Below, piece after piece: positions 22,202-32,340 of a stretch of DNA of 64,000 nucleotides (position 1 is the first letter of the stretch; every line of letters begins with the position of its first letter). Both the position numbers and the translations under genes were made by a program. Under the pieces are notes generated by a model. That model searched no databases. It had not been told where the DNA came from and saw nothing but the letters and a program-made list of their open reading frames with translations. This DNA is from Colwellia sp. (GTDB lineage Bacteria > Pseudomonadota > Gammaproteobacteria > Enterobacterales > Alteromonadaceae), in NCBI GenBank assembly GCA_016765685.1, contig JAESPR010000125.1:11844-75843 (forward strand). The letters are read 5' to 3'.

Positions 22202-23545
22202 TTATAAAATAAAACGACTTAAATCTTCATCTTTAATGACATCACTTAAGGTTTCATCTACATAATTTTTGTCAATAATTATCGTTTCTCCCGAACGTTG
22301 ATCTGCATTGAAAGATAACTCTTCAGTGAGGCGTTCCATCATGGTATGTAAACGGCGTGCGCCAATATTTTCGGTACTTTCATTTACTTGCCAAGCCGCG
22401 TTAGCAATAGCTTGAACACCGTCGTTACTAAACTCAACATTAACTCCTTCAGTGGCTAATAACGCGGTATATTGCTCAGTTAATGAAGCAAAAGGCTCTG
22501 TTAATATTCTAACAAAATCTTCGGCGGTGAGCGCTTTTAATTCAACCCGTATTGGTAAACGCCCTTGCAATTCAGGAATTAAATCTGAAGGTTTAGCCAT
22601 TTGGAATGCGCCAGAGGCAATAAAAAGAATATGATCTGTTTTAACCATGCCATGTTTAGTGCTAACAGTAGAGCCTTCAACTAAGGGTAATAAATCACGT
22701 TGTACACCTTCGCGTGACACGTCACCACCGCTGTTGCTGTCGGCACGTTTACAAATTTTGTCTATTTCATCAATAAAAACAATGCCCGTTTGCTCAACCG
22801 CATCAATGGCTTTTTGTTTGATGTCATCTTGGTTGATTATTTTAGCGGCTTCTTCTTCTTGCAGTGCTTTAAAAGCCTCTTTAATTTTTAACTTACGCTT
22901 TTTAGTTTTCTCGCTCGACATATTTTGGAACATACTTTGTAATTGCGAAGTCATGTCTTCCATGCCCGGCGGTGCCATGATTTCAACACCCATTTGTGGT
23001 GCAGTGAGATCAAGCTCAATTTCTTTGTCGTCGAGTTTACCTTCACGTAATTTTTTACGAAATACTTGGCGGGTACTGCTGCTGTCACTGTCTTTATCTT
23101 GTTTTTCAGCGTTGCCAAAACCATCACGAGCAGGAGGCAATAAAACATCCAAAATACGTTCTTCAGCGGCTTCTTCAGCTAAATGTTTGACGCGATTCAT
23201 TTCGTCTTCTTTCACCATTTTTATCGCCATGTCAGCAAGGTCGCGAATAATTGACTCAACCTCTTTACCCACATAACCCACTTCGGTGAACTTGGTCGCT
23301 TCAACTTTAATAAAAGGAGCACGGGCTAGTTTAGCTAAGCGGCGCGCTATTTCAGTTTTACCAACACCCGTTGGACCAATCATCAAAATATTTTTCGGGG
23401 TTACTTCATTACGAAAATCTTCACTTAGCTGCATGCGGCGCCAACGATTTCTTAATGCAATGGCGACAGCGCGTTTTGCATTACTTTGGCCAATAATGTG
23501 ACTGTCTAATTCATGGACAATTTCGCGGGGAGTCATATCTGACAT
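22202..23545 (-). CDS. hslU: ATP-dependent protease ATPase subunit HslU
   Basis: [46 protein letters not shown]. Confidence 0.98.
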   Translation of the reverse strand: MSDMTPREIVHELDSHIIGQSNAKRAVAIALRNRWRRMQLSEDFRNEVTPKNILMIGPTGVGKTEIARRLAKLARAPFIKVEATKFTEVGYVGKEVESIIRDLADMAIKMVKEDEMNRVKHLAEEAAEERILDVLLPPARDGFGNAEKQDKDSDSSSTRQVFRKKLREGKLDDKEIELDLTAPQMGVEIMAPPGMEDMTSQLQSMFQNMSSEKTKKRKLKIKEAFKALQEEEAAKIINQDDIKQKAIDAVEQTGIVFIDEIDKICKRADSNSGGDVSREGVQRDLLPLVEGSTVSTKHGMVKTDHILFIASGAFQMAKPSDLIPELQGRLPIRVELKALTAEDFVRILTEPFASLTEQYTALLATEGVNVEFSNDGVQAIANAAWQVNESTENIGARRLHTMMERLTEELSFNADQRSGETIIIDKNYVDETLSDVIKDEDLSRFIL

Positions 23546-23569
23546 AGTTTATTCCTCATATTCCTTAAG

Positions 23570-23627
23570 TTGTAGGTTGGGCTTAAGCCCATCATTATTT
23601 TTTGGCGGTCTTAAGACTGACCTACAA
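23570..23627. repeat. GTAG-type REP inverted pair between hslV and hslU
   Basis: GTAGGTTGGGCTTAAGCCCA and, on the other strand, GTAGGTCAGTCTTAAGACCGCCA; each has an internal palindrome. Confidence 0.7.
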
Positions 23628-24146
23628 TTATAGTTCGTCTATCGTTTGTGACTGATTGGTAAAGACACAAATATTGCCGGCAATAGTCAAGGATTTTTCA
23701 ACGATTTCTTTGGCAGATAAGTCGGTGTTTTCTAATAGTGCGGTGGCGGCAGACTGAGCAAAATTGCCACCGCTACCAATGGCGATAAGATCATGCTCTG
23801 GCTGAACTACATCACCATTACCAGTAATAATCAACGACGCGGTTTCATCTGCAACCGCAAGCAAGGCCTCTAACTTTCTTAAGGCGCGGTCGCTGCGCCA
23901 ATCTTTGGCCAATTCTACCGCAGCTTTGGTTAAGTGGCCTTGATGTTGCTCAAGTTTACTTTCAAAGCGTTCAAACAAGGTAAAGGCATCCGCAGTGCTA
24001 CCAGCAAAACCCGCTAAAACTTTATTGTTATATAAACGGCGAACTTTTTTGGCGTTACCTTTCATTACGGTATTGCCAAGTGATACTTGACCATCACCAC
24101 CAATGGCAACTTTGCCATTGCGTCTAACTGAAACGATAGTAGTCAC
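23628..24146 (-). CDS. hslV: ATP-dependent protease subunit HslV
   Basis: [24 protein letters not shown]. Confidence 0.98.
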   Translation of the reverse strand: MTTIVSVRRNGKVAIGGDGQVSLGNTVMKGNAKKVRRLYNNKVLAGFAGSTADAFTLFERFESKLEQHQGHLTKAAVELAKDWRSDRALRKLEALLAVADETASLIITGNGDVVQPEHDLIAIGSGGNFAQSAATALLENTDLSAKEIVEKSLTIAGNICVFTNQSQTIDEL

Positions 24147-24184
24147 ATTAACTCCAAGGTAAATACATTTTTTGATGTAAATAA

Positions 24185-24211
24185 AGTTGGGGTTATTACT
24201 AATTTTTCAAG
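24185..24211 (-). promoter_or_regulatory. sigma-32 (RpoH) promoter of hslVU
   Basis: Minus strand CTTGAAA-AATTAGTAATAA-CCCCAACT. Confidence 0.75.
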
Positions 24212-24248
24212 GACAAAGAGAACTTAATTTTTTAATTCTTTAGAAGCG

Positions 24249-24809
24249 TTACCTCCACAACCAAATTTGACAGCCATTAATCTTATTATTTCTTAATTTA
24301 TGTTTATCTTGTTCAGCGGCACGTTTTCGTGAATAGGGACCTAACACCACTTTATACCAAAAACTATCCTTACCTTGCGCGCTTTGAATAATGCTTTCGA
24401 TGCCAACGAATGCCATGCTAGCTTTGAGCGATTCAGCTTGCGCACGTGTTTTGAAAGAGCCGCATTGCATTTTATAAGGGCCATTTTGTTTTACTTCATA
24501 TTGGCCAACTTCTATTTTTTTTGTTTTTAAATTTTCAACATAAGTCCATTTTTCTTGAGGAAGATCGGGTAGGCTTTGCTCTTTTTGGGTAGGCACTGGA
24601 TGCTGAGTTTGCATGGGTTCTTTTGTCACAGGGCTAGTTTTCAAAAACCATAAACCATAAGTGAATGCCGCAATTAAGAGTATAACGAGGCCGCCAATAA
24701 GTTTAGTTTTTACAGGTGATTTTGGTGTAGGCTCAACCGGTTTTTTTTTATAGGGGCTGTTTTTTTTCTTTTTTGATGGTGTGCGAGTTATATAATCTTG
24801 ATTTGACAT
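24249..24809 (-). CDS. ftsN: SPOR-domain cell division protein FtsN
   Basis: N-terminal DY motif, one TM helix, EKWTYVENL, SPOR domain MQCGSF..WYKVVLGPY; priA-ftsN-hslV synteny. Confidence 0.85.
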   Translation of the reverse strand: MSNQDYITRTPSKKKKNSPYKKKPVEPTPKSPVKTKLIGGLVILLIAAFTYGLWFLKTSPVTKEPMQTQHPVPTQKEQSLPDLPQEKWTYVENLKTKKIEVGQYEVKQNGPYKMQCGSFKTRAQAESLKASMAFVGIESIIQSAQGKDSFWYKVVLGPYSRKRAAEQDKHKLRNNKINGCQIWLWR

Positions 24810-24852
24810 GTACAGAAAATGAATAGCGGAAATCTTTGTTTATTCTAACGAC

Positions 24853-27078
24853 TCACCAGTTTAAATCAATAGGATCGATATCTAAACTCCAACGCACTTT
24901 GTTTTGCCATTCGTTATTCGGTATCGCGGCTAGCAACTGTAAAATAGCAATGTGTAATTCTTTTCTAGATTTTGCCTGTAAGATCAAATGATAACGAAAT
25001 TTCCCTGCTTTTTTTTCCATGGCTGCGGGCACGGGCCCCGCGAACTGACAATTATTTAAGGTAAGTTCAGTTAATACCCGTAAAAATTTTTCAGGATAAC
25101 TAGGGTAGTTTGCTTCTGCGCGAAACAAGGCTTGAAAACTAAAGGGAGGTAACAGTGCTTGTTTTCTCTCAACTAGCGCTTGTTTGGCAAAGTGTTGGTA
25201 GCCGTTATGCACTAAATCTTGCAGTAATGGATGGTCGGGATAATTGGTTTGCACAAGCACTTTACCGGGTTTACTCGCTCGTCCAGCACGGCCAGCTACC
25301 TGAATAAGTAGTTGTGCCATTTGTTCACTGGCGCGAAAATCAAAACTAAATAGGGCGCCATCGCCATCAAGCACTGCTACTAAGGTGACATCAGGAAAGT
25401 GATGGCCTTTGGCAAGCATTTGTGTGCCAATTAATAATTGATGTTTTTTCTCAGTTATTTCTTGTAATAATTTCGCTAACTCACCCTTTTTGCGAGTGCT
25501 GTCTCTATCTATTCTGACCACGTTCACACTGGCAAAAAGCTCGCTAATGCGTTGTTCTAATTGTTCGGTGCCTTGCCCAACAGGCGCAATGCGAATACTA
25601 CCGCAGCTTGGGCATTGTTTCGGCACGCGTTTTTGACTACCACAGTGATGACATATTAGTAATTTCTGCTTTTGATGAAAGGTATAAGGTTTATCACAAC
25701 GTTGGCAATCACTAAGCCAATGGCATTCTTGACAGGTGATCGCGGGAGCATAACCGCGACGATTTAAAAACATCAGTACCTGTTCACCGCGCGCTAAAGT
25801 TTGCTTTATTTCATGTTTCAATGTGCCAGATAGGCCAAACTCCATTTGTTGTTTGGCCACATCTATTAACGCTATTTTCGCTTTGTTGCTTTGTCCTGCT
25901 CTTTTGCGTAGTTGGTGGTATTGATATTTCCCCGACAGTGCATTTTGCAATGATTCGAAACTGGGTGTAGCACTGCCTAAAATAATAGGAATGTTTAATT
26001 GTCTGGCACGTAAAATGGCAATGTCTCGGGCGTGATAACGAAAACTGTCTTGTTGTTTCAACGAACTATCATGCTCTTCATCAACGATGATCATGCCTAA
26101 TTGATGTAAAGGCGAGAAAACAGCCGAACGAGTGCCGATGACAATAGCGGCACTACCTTGTTGAGCATTGAGCCAAGTATCTAAACGTTCAGTGTCATTG
26201 AGGTTTGAGTGATGCAAATTAATAGGCACATTAAAGCGTTGTTCAAAACGCAATAATGTTTGCGGTGTTAAACCGATTTCAGGAACAATCACTAATACTT
26301 GTTGATGATTAGCCAGTACACCTTCCATAGCTTGCAAGTACACTTCAGTTTTACCACTGCCGGTTACACCATCAATTAAATGACAGGAAAATTGTGTCAA
26401 TGTTTGATTAATTGCGGCAACAATAATGGCTTGTTCGGTAGATAATACCTGTTTGTTTTCTTGTGCCAAATTTTGCTCTTGCCATGAAAACTGACAAGGC
26501 TTTTGTTTGCTTTGTGTAATTAATGTTTTTGAACTCAACGCCGTCAGTTGTGCTTTGCTGTACCCTAGCGTACGCAATTCAGCCCAACTAATGCCCTGAT
26601 GTTTTGCTATTAACTGGTAGAGAGCGAATTGTTTCGGGGCTTTAGTGGCTATTTTTGCTAGTGGCTCATTGTGCTCATCGTTAACTGTTTTAGCTTTTTG
26701 CCAAACCATAGGGGGTTGAAGTTCGACTTTTTTTACTTGGCGCAATAATTTAGGCAACGCTTGTACAAAAACATCACCGATAGGGTGGTGGTAATAATTT
26801 GAGCATAATTTAAGGAATGCAACGAGCGAAAGGCTTAAATGAAAACTGTCGTTCAAGCGCTTTGAAATAGGTTTGATTTTTTTTGCATCAATTTGGCAGT
26901 TATCATCTACAGCAGTATCAACCGTGATAACAAGTGCGATAACTTGCCTCGCGCCAAATGATACGGCAATACGCTCACCAATATGTATGGCTGGTGTTTG
27001 CATTTCTTTGGGTACTTGATAAGTAAACAGTTGTCGCATAGGTACGGGTACAGCGACTTGCACATATTGTTCAGACAC
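24853..27078 (-). CDS. priA: primosomal protein N'
   Basis: GVTGSGKTEVY, DEEHD, four CxxC pairs, QVAGRAGR. Confidence 0.97.
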   Translation of the reverse strand: MSEQYVQVAVPVPMRQLFTYQVPKEMQTPAIHIGERIAVSFGARQVIALVITVDTAVDDNCQIDAKKIKPISKRLNDSFHLSLSLVAFLKLCSNYYHHPIGDVFVQALPKLLRQVKKVELQPPMVWQKAKTVNDEHNEPLAKIATKAPKQFALYQLIAKHQGISWAELRTLGYSKAQLTALSSKTLITQSKQKPCQFSWQEQNLAQENKQVLSTEQAIIVAAINQTLTQFSCHLIDGVTGSGKTEVYLQAMEGVLANHQQVLVIVPEIGLTPQTLLRFEQRFNVPINLHHSNLNDTERLDTWLNAQQGSAAIVIGTRSAVFSPLHQLGMIIVDEEHDSSLKQQDSFRYHARDIAILRARQLNIPIILGSATPSFESLQNALSGKYQYHQLRKRAGQSNKAKIALIDVAKQQMEFGLSGTLKHEIKQTLARGEQVLMFLNRRGYAPAITCQECHWLSDCQRCDKPYTFHQKQKLLICHHCGSQKRVPKQCPSCGSIRIAPVGQGTEQLEQRISELFASVNVVRIDRDSTRKKGELAKLLQEITEKKHQLLIGTQMLAKGHHFPDVTLVAVLDGDGALFSFDFRASEQMAQLLIQVAGRAGRASKPGKVLVQTNYPDHPLLQDLVHNGYQHFAKQALVERKQALLPPFSFQALFRAEANYPSYPEKFLRVLTELTLNNCQFAGPVPAAMEKKAGKFRYHLILQAKSRKELHIAILQLLAAIPNNEWQNKVRWSLDIDPIDLNW

Positions 27079-27244
27079 GAATGGTATTCAATGTTTTTTG
27101 ATAAAGCTATGTCGCTTATCTTATCTTACTTGGGGGGTTTAAATATAGGCGTTTCTTAATAAGGCTTTTTTACACAATTTTGTATGGCTTTTTCTTGCAG
27201 TCAAAGCGGTGATCATTTATTATTCGCCCCCATTAATTTTACAC

Positions 27245-27313
27245 CGTATGGTGCTTGGCGTTTTAAGTTAATAATTTTTTATTAATAGTAATAAACGGCT
27301 AAGTGGCGATACG
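27245..27313 (+). promoter_or_regulatory. structured rpmE 5' leader (likely L31 autoregulatory hairpin)
   Basis: CGTATGGTGCTTGGC...GCTAAGTGGCGATACG long imperfect stem upstream of the rpmE ribosome-binding site. Confidence 0.55.
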
Positions 27314-27345
27314 CCCAATTTCTCGTAAGAGATATAGAGGTCCCC

Positions 27346-27558
27346 ATGAAAGACGGAATTCATCCTAATTATGTTGAATTTAAAGCAACTTGTTCTTGTG
27401 GCAATGTTATTACTACTCGTTCAACGGCAAAAAAAGACATTCATTTAGACGTATGTTCTGCATGTCACCCATTCTACACTGGTAAGCAAAAAGCGGCTGA
27501 AACTGGTGGCCGTGTTGATAAATTCAACAAACGTTTTGGTGCACTTTCTAAGAAGTAA
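27346..27558 (+). CDS. rpmE: 50S ribosomal protein L31 (Zn-binding type)
   Basis: [37 protein letters not shown]. Confidence 0.98.
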   Translation: MKDGIHPNYVEFKATCSCGNVITTRSTAKKDIHLDVCSACHPFYTGKQKAAETGGRVDKFNKRFGALSKK

Positions 27559-27580
27559 ATGTTACTTTTTAGTTGTTAAA

Positions 27581-27650
27581 CCTAAAATCAGCAGTCGATA
27601 CACGAATAATAGCGTAGCTCCTTATTTCGCGTCCAACCGCTGAGTCTAGG
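27581..27650. repeat. miniature inverted-repeat element, copy 1
   Basis: CCTAAAATCAGCAGTCGATAC ... GCGTCCAACCGCTGAGTCTAGG; homologous to 59909-59962. Confidence 0.7.
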
Positions 27651-27657
27651 TTAAACG

Positions 27658-27685
27658 AAAAAAAGCGCCAATTGGCGCTTTTTTT
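27658..27685. terminator. bidirectional intrinsic terminator
   Basis: A-run, GCGCC-AATT-GGCGC, T-run between convergent genes. Confidence 0.85.
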
Positions 27686-27704
27686 ATGCTTGAAATTTGT
27701 GATT

Positions 27705-28403
27705 TTAAAGAAAAGAGAAAGCTTTTACATTGGTGCTGTAATTACGGTAAAAACGTTTTAACGTGTTATTAAAGTCAGGCGTGTACTTTACGCCAATGCC
27801 CCACTGATTATCGTTATCCCAAAACCCTTCACCGTAAGAGAGACTAAATTGCCATTCATTACCGATATAATCAGGCGCTTGAAAATTTAAGGTAGCAGAA
27901 ATTACTGAGTTATCGCTGGCATCAAGTAAGTCTATTTCAACGCGAATGTTGTCGGTAATATAAATATTGGTGTAAATATTCAGGTCATTTAACTCTGATA
28001 ACTCATCAGACATAACATAAGCCCCTAGGGTCCAGTTATCAAAGTAGTACTCGCCAGTAATACTGTATAAACCATCATTTTCGCCGTTAATAAATAACTG
28101 CTGATAAGCTACTTCTACTCTGCCATGTTTTGGATTACGGAAAAACCCACCCACGCGTAAATTTTGCATATTTTCTGTTTCATCAGCAAAACTCAAGTTT
28201 AGGTTATTCGCACCCACAGACAAACCAAAACTATCTCCTAAAGCAAATGTTGCATCGCCTTGTAAATAAAGTGTATCGAAGATAGCCGAATTGTATTTAA
28301 CAGAATAACTAAGTGTATTTTCTTCAACGGCTTTTTCTGCATAAGCTGTTTGCAATAAAGTAGGGGTTAGTATAATACAGCCCAAGAGTAGTTTTTTCAT
28401 CAA
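27705..28403 (-). CDS. putative outer-membrane beta-barrel protein
   Basis: Signal peptide (AYA) and aromatic-rich alternating beta-strands. Confidence 0.6.
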   Translation of the reverse strand: MMKKLLLGCIILTPTLLQTAYAEKAVEENTLSYSVKYNSAIFDTLYLQGDATFALGDSFGLSVGANNLNLSFADETENMQNLRVGGFFRNPKHGRVEVAYQQLFINGENDGLYSITGEYYFDNWTLGAYVMSDELSELNDLNIYTNIYITDNIRVEIDLLDASDNSVISATLNFQAPDYIGNEWQFSLSYGEGFWDNDNQWGIGVKYTPDFNNTLKRFYRNYSTNVKAFSFL

Positions 28404-28493
28404 AAAGTCCTTGTAAATTAATTATTAATGTAAATTTTTTGGCTAAAGGTATCATAGCTATTAATAAACATCAAAAATTAAAATTATGGTTTT

Positions 28494-28521
28494 AAACCCT
28501 TTTTTGACATACTGCATCTAA
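28494..28521 (+). promoter_or_regulatory. putative autoregulatory ECF promoter
   Basis: AAACCCTTTTTT..GCATCTAA directly upstream of an ECF sigma gene. Confidence 0.45.
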
Positions 28522-28535
28522 CTATATAACAACCA

Positions 28536-29159
28536 TTGAAGAGAAATTATTTTTTGAATAATTCAAAAGTAATTGATGCTCAAAAATTGTTTGTTACCTC
28601 ACCAGAGCAAGAGTTGATTGCTTTGGCTAAACAGGGGTCGCAAACCGCTTTTCATCAACTATATGAAATACATCATCGGCAGGTATATGCGTTGTGCTGG
28701 CGCATGTTAGCAGATAAAGACAGCGCAGAAGATGTTTGCCAAGAAGTCTTTGTGGTGTTGTGGCAAAAAATCAATAATTTTCGTGGTGAAAGTAAATTTA
28801 GTACTTGGTTACATAGTGTCACCAGTAATGTAGTGCTTGGTCATTTACGCAAACAGAAAAATTGGTTGCAACGAGTTTTTAGCATTGAAGATCAGGCGGA
28901 TCATGTTTTGCCAGAAGAAGCGACCGTGACACTAGATGATTCATCTGAGCTTGAAGAGTTAGACCAGCATATAGCCAAGTTGCCAGAACGAGCACGATTA
29001 GTGTTTGTGCTGTTTGCTGTAGAGGGTTATCGCCATGAAGAAATTGCTAACATGCTAAATATGGCAGTGGGCTCAAGCAAATCTCAATACCATCGAGCTA
29101 AAGCGTTATTGAAGCAGTCATTAACTGCAGTGGCATTGGCAGGAGAAAACTATGAATAA
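28536..29159 (+). CDS. ECF RNA polymerase sigma factor
   Basis: AEDVCQEVF, FRGESKFSTWL, LPERARLVFVL..EGYRHEEIA. Confidence 0.92.
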   Translation: MKRNYFLNNSKVIDAQKLFVTSPEQELIALAKQGSQTAFHQLYEIHHRQVYALCWRMLADKDSAEDVCQEVFVVLWQKINNFRGESKFSTWLHSVTSNVVLGHLRKQKNWLQRVFSIEDQADHVLPEEATVTLDDSSELEELDQHIAKLPERARLVFVLFAVEGYRHEEIANMLNMAVGSSKSQYHRAKALLKQSLTAVALAGENYE

Positions 29160-29715
29160 GCAAATATCAGATCAAGGGTTAGCGTCTCAAGTAGATAAAT
29201 TACCAAAAGAAATACAGCCACAACGTGATTTATGGTCAGGCATAGAACGTGCAATTCAGGGTAAAAACCAGCAAGATGCGAGTGAAGTTAAGCATAATAA
29301 TATTATTCCTATGGCATGGGCGGCATCATTAATCGCCGCAGTATTAGTGACTTGGATTGCTTTCAAACCTACATCATTGCAATTATCTACACCTTTACTG
29401 GTCAGTAACGAGCAAGCATCGTCAACCAGTGATATGGCGTTAGCAAGTTCAATGCAGTCAAGTTTTCAACAGCAAAAACAAACAATGTTAGTGAGTTATG
29501 GTGCCCCAGATATGACAAATTTACCCATTAGCATGCAAAATCAGTTAACGGCATTAGCACAAGCACGTCAAACAATAAAAAAAGCACTAACAAATGATAG
29601 TACTAATGTTGATTTACTTAATTTATTACGCTTTACCCAGCAGCAAGAATTAAATTTATTGCAGCAATTGTATCCCTACATGAACAATAAAAACGCGCAA
29701 TGGCAAAGAATTTAG
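29152..29715 (+). CDS. putative single-TM anti-sigma factor
   Basis: Overlaps the sigma stop; PQRDLWSGIE, TM segment WAASLIAAVLV, helical C-terminus. Confidence 0.72.
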   Translation: MNKQISDQGLASQVDKLPKEIQPQRDLWSGIERAIQGKNQQDASEVKHNNIIPMAWAASLIAAVLVTWIAFKPTSLQLSTPLLVSNEQASSTSDMALASSMQSSFQQQKQTMLVSYGAPDMTNLPISMQNQLTALAQARQTIKKALTNDSTNVDLLNLLRFTQQQELNLLQQLYPYMNNKNAQWQRI

Positions 29716-29806
29716 ACATATTTTAAAAAAGCATGAACAAGACAATACATTGAAAATAAAAGTTTTGTTAACAACGAATTTAATAAGAATAGCGTATGAG
29801 GTTTAT

Positions 29807-30754
29807 ATGAATAATTTTAATAACTGCATTATTGTGGCATTAACCAGTGCAAGTCTACTTTTTAGTCCTTTAGGTATAACAGGAGAGAAAGTTGATGAAA
29901 AACTCAGTAGTGTGGGAGTAAACACTGTCTCTATTGAAAATTTAGCGGGTGAAGTCATTATTATTGGTTGGGATAAAGATATCGTTACGGTAAAAGGCGA
30001 ACTTGATGACAAGGCAGAAAAATTAGTTTTTGAGCAAGTGGGTAATACCATTAATATTAAAGTTGAATTACCTCATCGAGGCAGTTGGAATTCTAAAGGC
30101 TCTGAGTTAACCATTCACATGCCAGCAACGCTTAGAATGAATTTTGAAGGCGTCTCTAGTGATGTTGACATAGAGAACCTAACCAGTAATGTTATTGTAA
30201 AGACAGTCAGTGGTGATATTGAAGCGAGAAAACTAACTGAAAACATTGAACTTAGTAGTGTCAGCGGCAGTATAAAAACCCAAGCATTGCAAGGTAAAAT
30301 CACCTTGGCAACGGTTAGTGGTGACATTAACGATAAAAATTCACAAGGTCGTTTAAAGTTGCAAGCTGTTAGTGGTGAAATCAACTCTGCAACAAGTGCT
30401 AATGAAGTATTCGTCAGCAATGTATCTGGTAATACGGAATTAAGTTTAGCTAAAGTTGATGAGCTAAGAGTATCAACGGTTAGTGGTGATACTGAAGTGA
30501 GTTTGTTTTTGCAAAACAACGGGATAGTGAAAGCCTCTAGTGTGAGTGGCTCGGTAGAGCTTGACTTTCAAAATAATGTTGCTGCAGATTTTCGTTTAAA
30601 AGCTAATGCTGGCGGTGATTTAATTAATAAATTGACGAAGCAAAAAGCTGACCGTGCTAAATATGGTCCAAGTGCAAAACTTTATTTCCAAACCGGTAAC
30701 GGCAATGGCTCTGTGCGTGTCAGTACTGTGAGTGGTGATGTTGTGGTTAAATAA
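29807..30754 (+). CDS. DUF4097 beta-strand repeat (adhesin-like) exported protein
   Basis: Signal peptide after a GAGG ribosome-binding site; about nine (T/S)VSG(D/S) repeats. Confidence 0.85.
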   Translation: MNNFNNCIIVALTSASLLFSPLGITGEKVDEKLSSVGVNTVSIENLAGEVIIIGWDKDIVTVKGELDDKAEKLVFEQVGNTINIKVELPHRGSWNSKGSELTIHMPATLRMNFEGVSSDVDIENLTSNVIVKTVSGDIEARKLTENIELSSVSGSIKTQALQGKITLATVSGDINDKNSQGRLKLQAVSGEINSATSANEVFVSNVSGNTELSLAKVDELRVSTVSGDTEVSLFLQNNGIVKASSVSGSVELDFQNNVAADFRLKANAGGDLINKLTKQKADRAKYGPSAKLYFQTGNGNGSVRVSTVSGDVVVK

Positions 30755-30796
30755 TGTCTAAGGAGCAAGTTAACGTGAGTTAAATTGCTGATTATT

Positions 30797-30827
30797 AAAA
30801 AGCAGGGTAAGTTTACCTTGTTTTTTT
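30797..30827 (+). terminator. intrinsic terminator of the ECF operon
   Basis: AAAAAGCAGGGTAA-GT-TTACCTTGTTTTTTT. Confidence 0.7.
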
Positions 30828-30915
30828 GTTTCAGCCCCTCTATTTTTGACGGCATTTCTGCTACATTAACCTCCTCAGAAAAACCTTCTCAAATTTTCAA
30901 ACTAAGGCTCAGTGA

Positions 30916-32334
30916 ATGGCAGATAGAAAACCGGGTAAATTTGCCAAAGAAAGGCAATTTATCAAAGACAAACAAATTGATGACTTAAAAACTCCTCCCC
31001 ATTCGCTAGAAGCAGAGCAGTCGGTATTAGGTGGTTTGTTACTTGATAATGAAACATGGGATCGAGTGGCAGAAAAAGCCGTGGCAGGTGATTTTTATAG
31101 CCGTTCACATCGACTTATTTTTGAAACCATTGGCGCTTTAATTGAACTAGGTGAACCCGTTGACTTAATTACCCTGTCAGAAGCATTAGATAATGATCAA
31201 AAGCTAGATGACGCGGGTGGATTTGTTTATCTCGCTGAAATGATGAAAAACACCCCAAGTGCGGCGAATATCACCGCATATGCTGACATTGTTCGCGAAC
31301 GTGCGGTAACAAGAGAAATGATCAGTGTTGCCAATGAAATTGCTGAAGCGGGCTATGATACCCAAGGTCGCAGTAGCGCAGACTTATTAGATTTTGCCGA
31401 AACTAAAATTTTTGCTATCGCTGAAAAACGCGCCAATAAATCCGAAGGGCCAGAAAACCTTCATTCCGTGTTAGAAAAAACGGTTGATCGTATTGAAAAG
31501 CTTTGTTCAACAGATACTGGTGGTGTTACCGGTGTACCGAGCGGTTTTTCTGATTTAGATAAAATGACCGCAGGTTTACAAAAATCTGATTTAATCATTG
31601 TTGCGGCACGGCCATCCATGGGTAAAACCACTTTTGCGATGAACTTGGCCGAACATGCGGCGATGACCCAAGATAAACCCGCCTTGATTTTTAGTTTAGA
31701 AATGCCTGCCGATCAAATTATGATGCGGATGTTAGCGTCTTTAGGCCGTATTGATCAAACCAAAATTCGTACCGGACAATTAGACGATGAAGATTGGGCG
31801 CGTTTATCTTCCACCATGGGTTTACTCATTGAAAATGGGAAAATGTTTATTGATGATGCTGCGGGGTTAACACCGACAGAGCTGCGCGCAAGAGCCAGAC
31901 GTATTCATCGTGATCATGGTGGTATTTCTATGATCATGATTGATTATTTGCAACTAATGCGGGCACCACAATTTTCTGATAACCGCACCTTAGAGATAGC
32001 TGAAATTTCTCGTTCTTTAAAAGCGTTAGCTAAGGAATTAGAAGTGCCGGTCGTGGCGCTTTCGCAGCTAAACCGTGGTTTGGAGCAGCGGTCAGATAAA
32101 CGCCCCATCAATTCAGATTTACGTGAATCTGGTTCGATCGAGCAAGATGCTGATTTAATTATGTTTATCTATCGTGATGAGGTTTATCATGATGACAGTG
32201 AATTTAAAGGCATGGCTGAAATTATTATTGGTAAACAACGTAATGGACCGATTGGTCGCGTACCACTGACTTTCCAAGGGAAGTACTCGCGTTTTGATAA
32301 CTATGCAGGACCACATGTGTTAGAAGAAGACTAG
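30916..32334 (+). CDS. dnaB: replicative DNA helicase
   Basis: PPHSLEAEQSVLG, AARPSMGKT, IDYLQL, DLRESGSIEQDAD, KQRNGP. Confidence 0.98.
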   Translation: MADRKPGKFAKERQFIKDKQIDDLKTPPHSLEAEQSVLGGLLLDNETWDRVAEKAVAGDFYSRSHRLIFETIGALIELGEPVDLITLSEALDNDQKLDDAGGFVYLAEMMKNTPSAANITAYADIVRERAVTREMISVANEIAEAGYDTQGRSSADLLDFAETKIFAIAEKRANKSEGPENLHSVLEKTVDRIEKLCSTDTGGVTGVPSGFSDLDKMTAGLQKSDLIIVAARPSMGKTTFAMNLAEHAAMTQDKPALIFSLEMPADQIMMRMLASLGRIDQTKIRTGQLDDEDWARLSSTMGLLIENGKMFIDDAAGLTPTELRARARRIHRDHGGISMIMIDYLQLMRAPQFSDNRTLEIAEISRSLKALAKELEVPVVALSQLNRGLEQRSDKRPINSDLRESGSIEQDADLIMFIYRDEVYHDDSEFKGMAEIIIGKQRNGPIGRVPLTFQGKYSRFDNYAGPHVLEED

Positions 32335-32340
32335 ATGCTT

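Noticed and set aside
22647-23276. 209-aa antisense ORF within hslU (likewise 30115-30519, 37698-38090 and other shadow ORFs)
   Set aside because: Fully antisense to well-supported genes; Ser-rich composition typical of codon-bias shadows.
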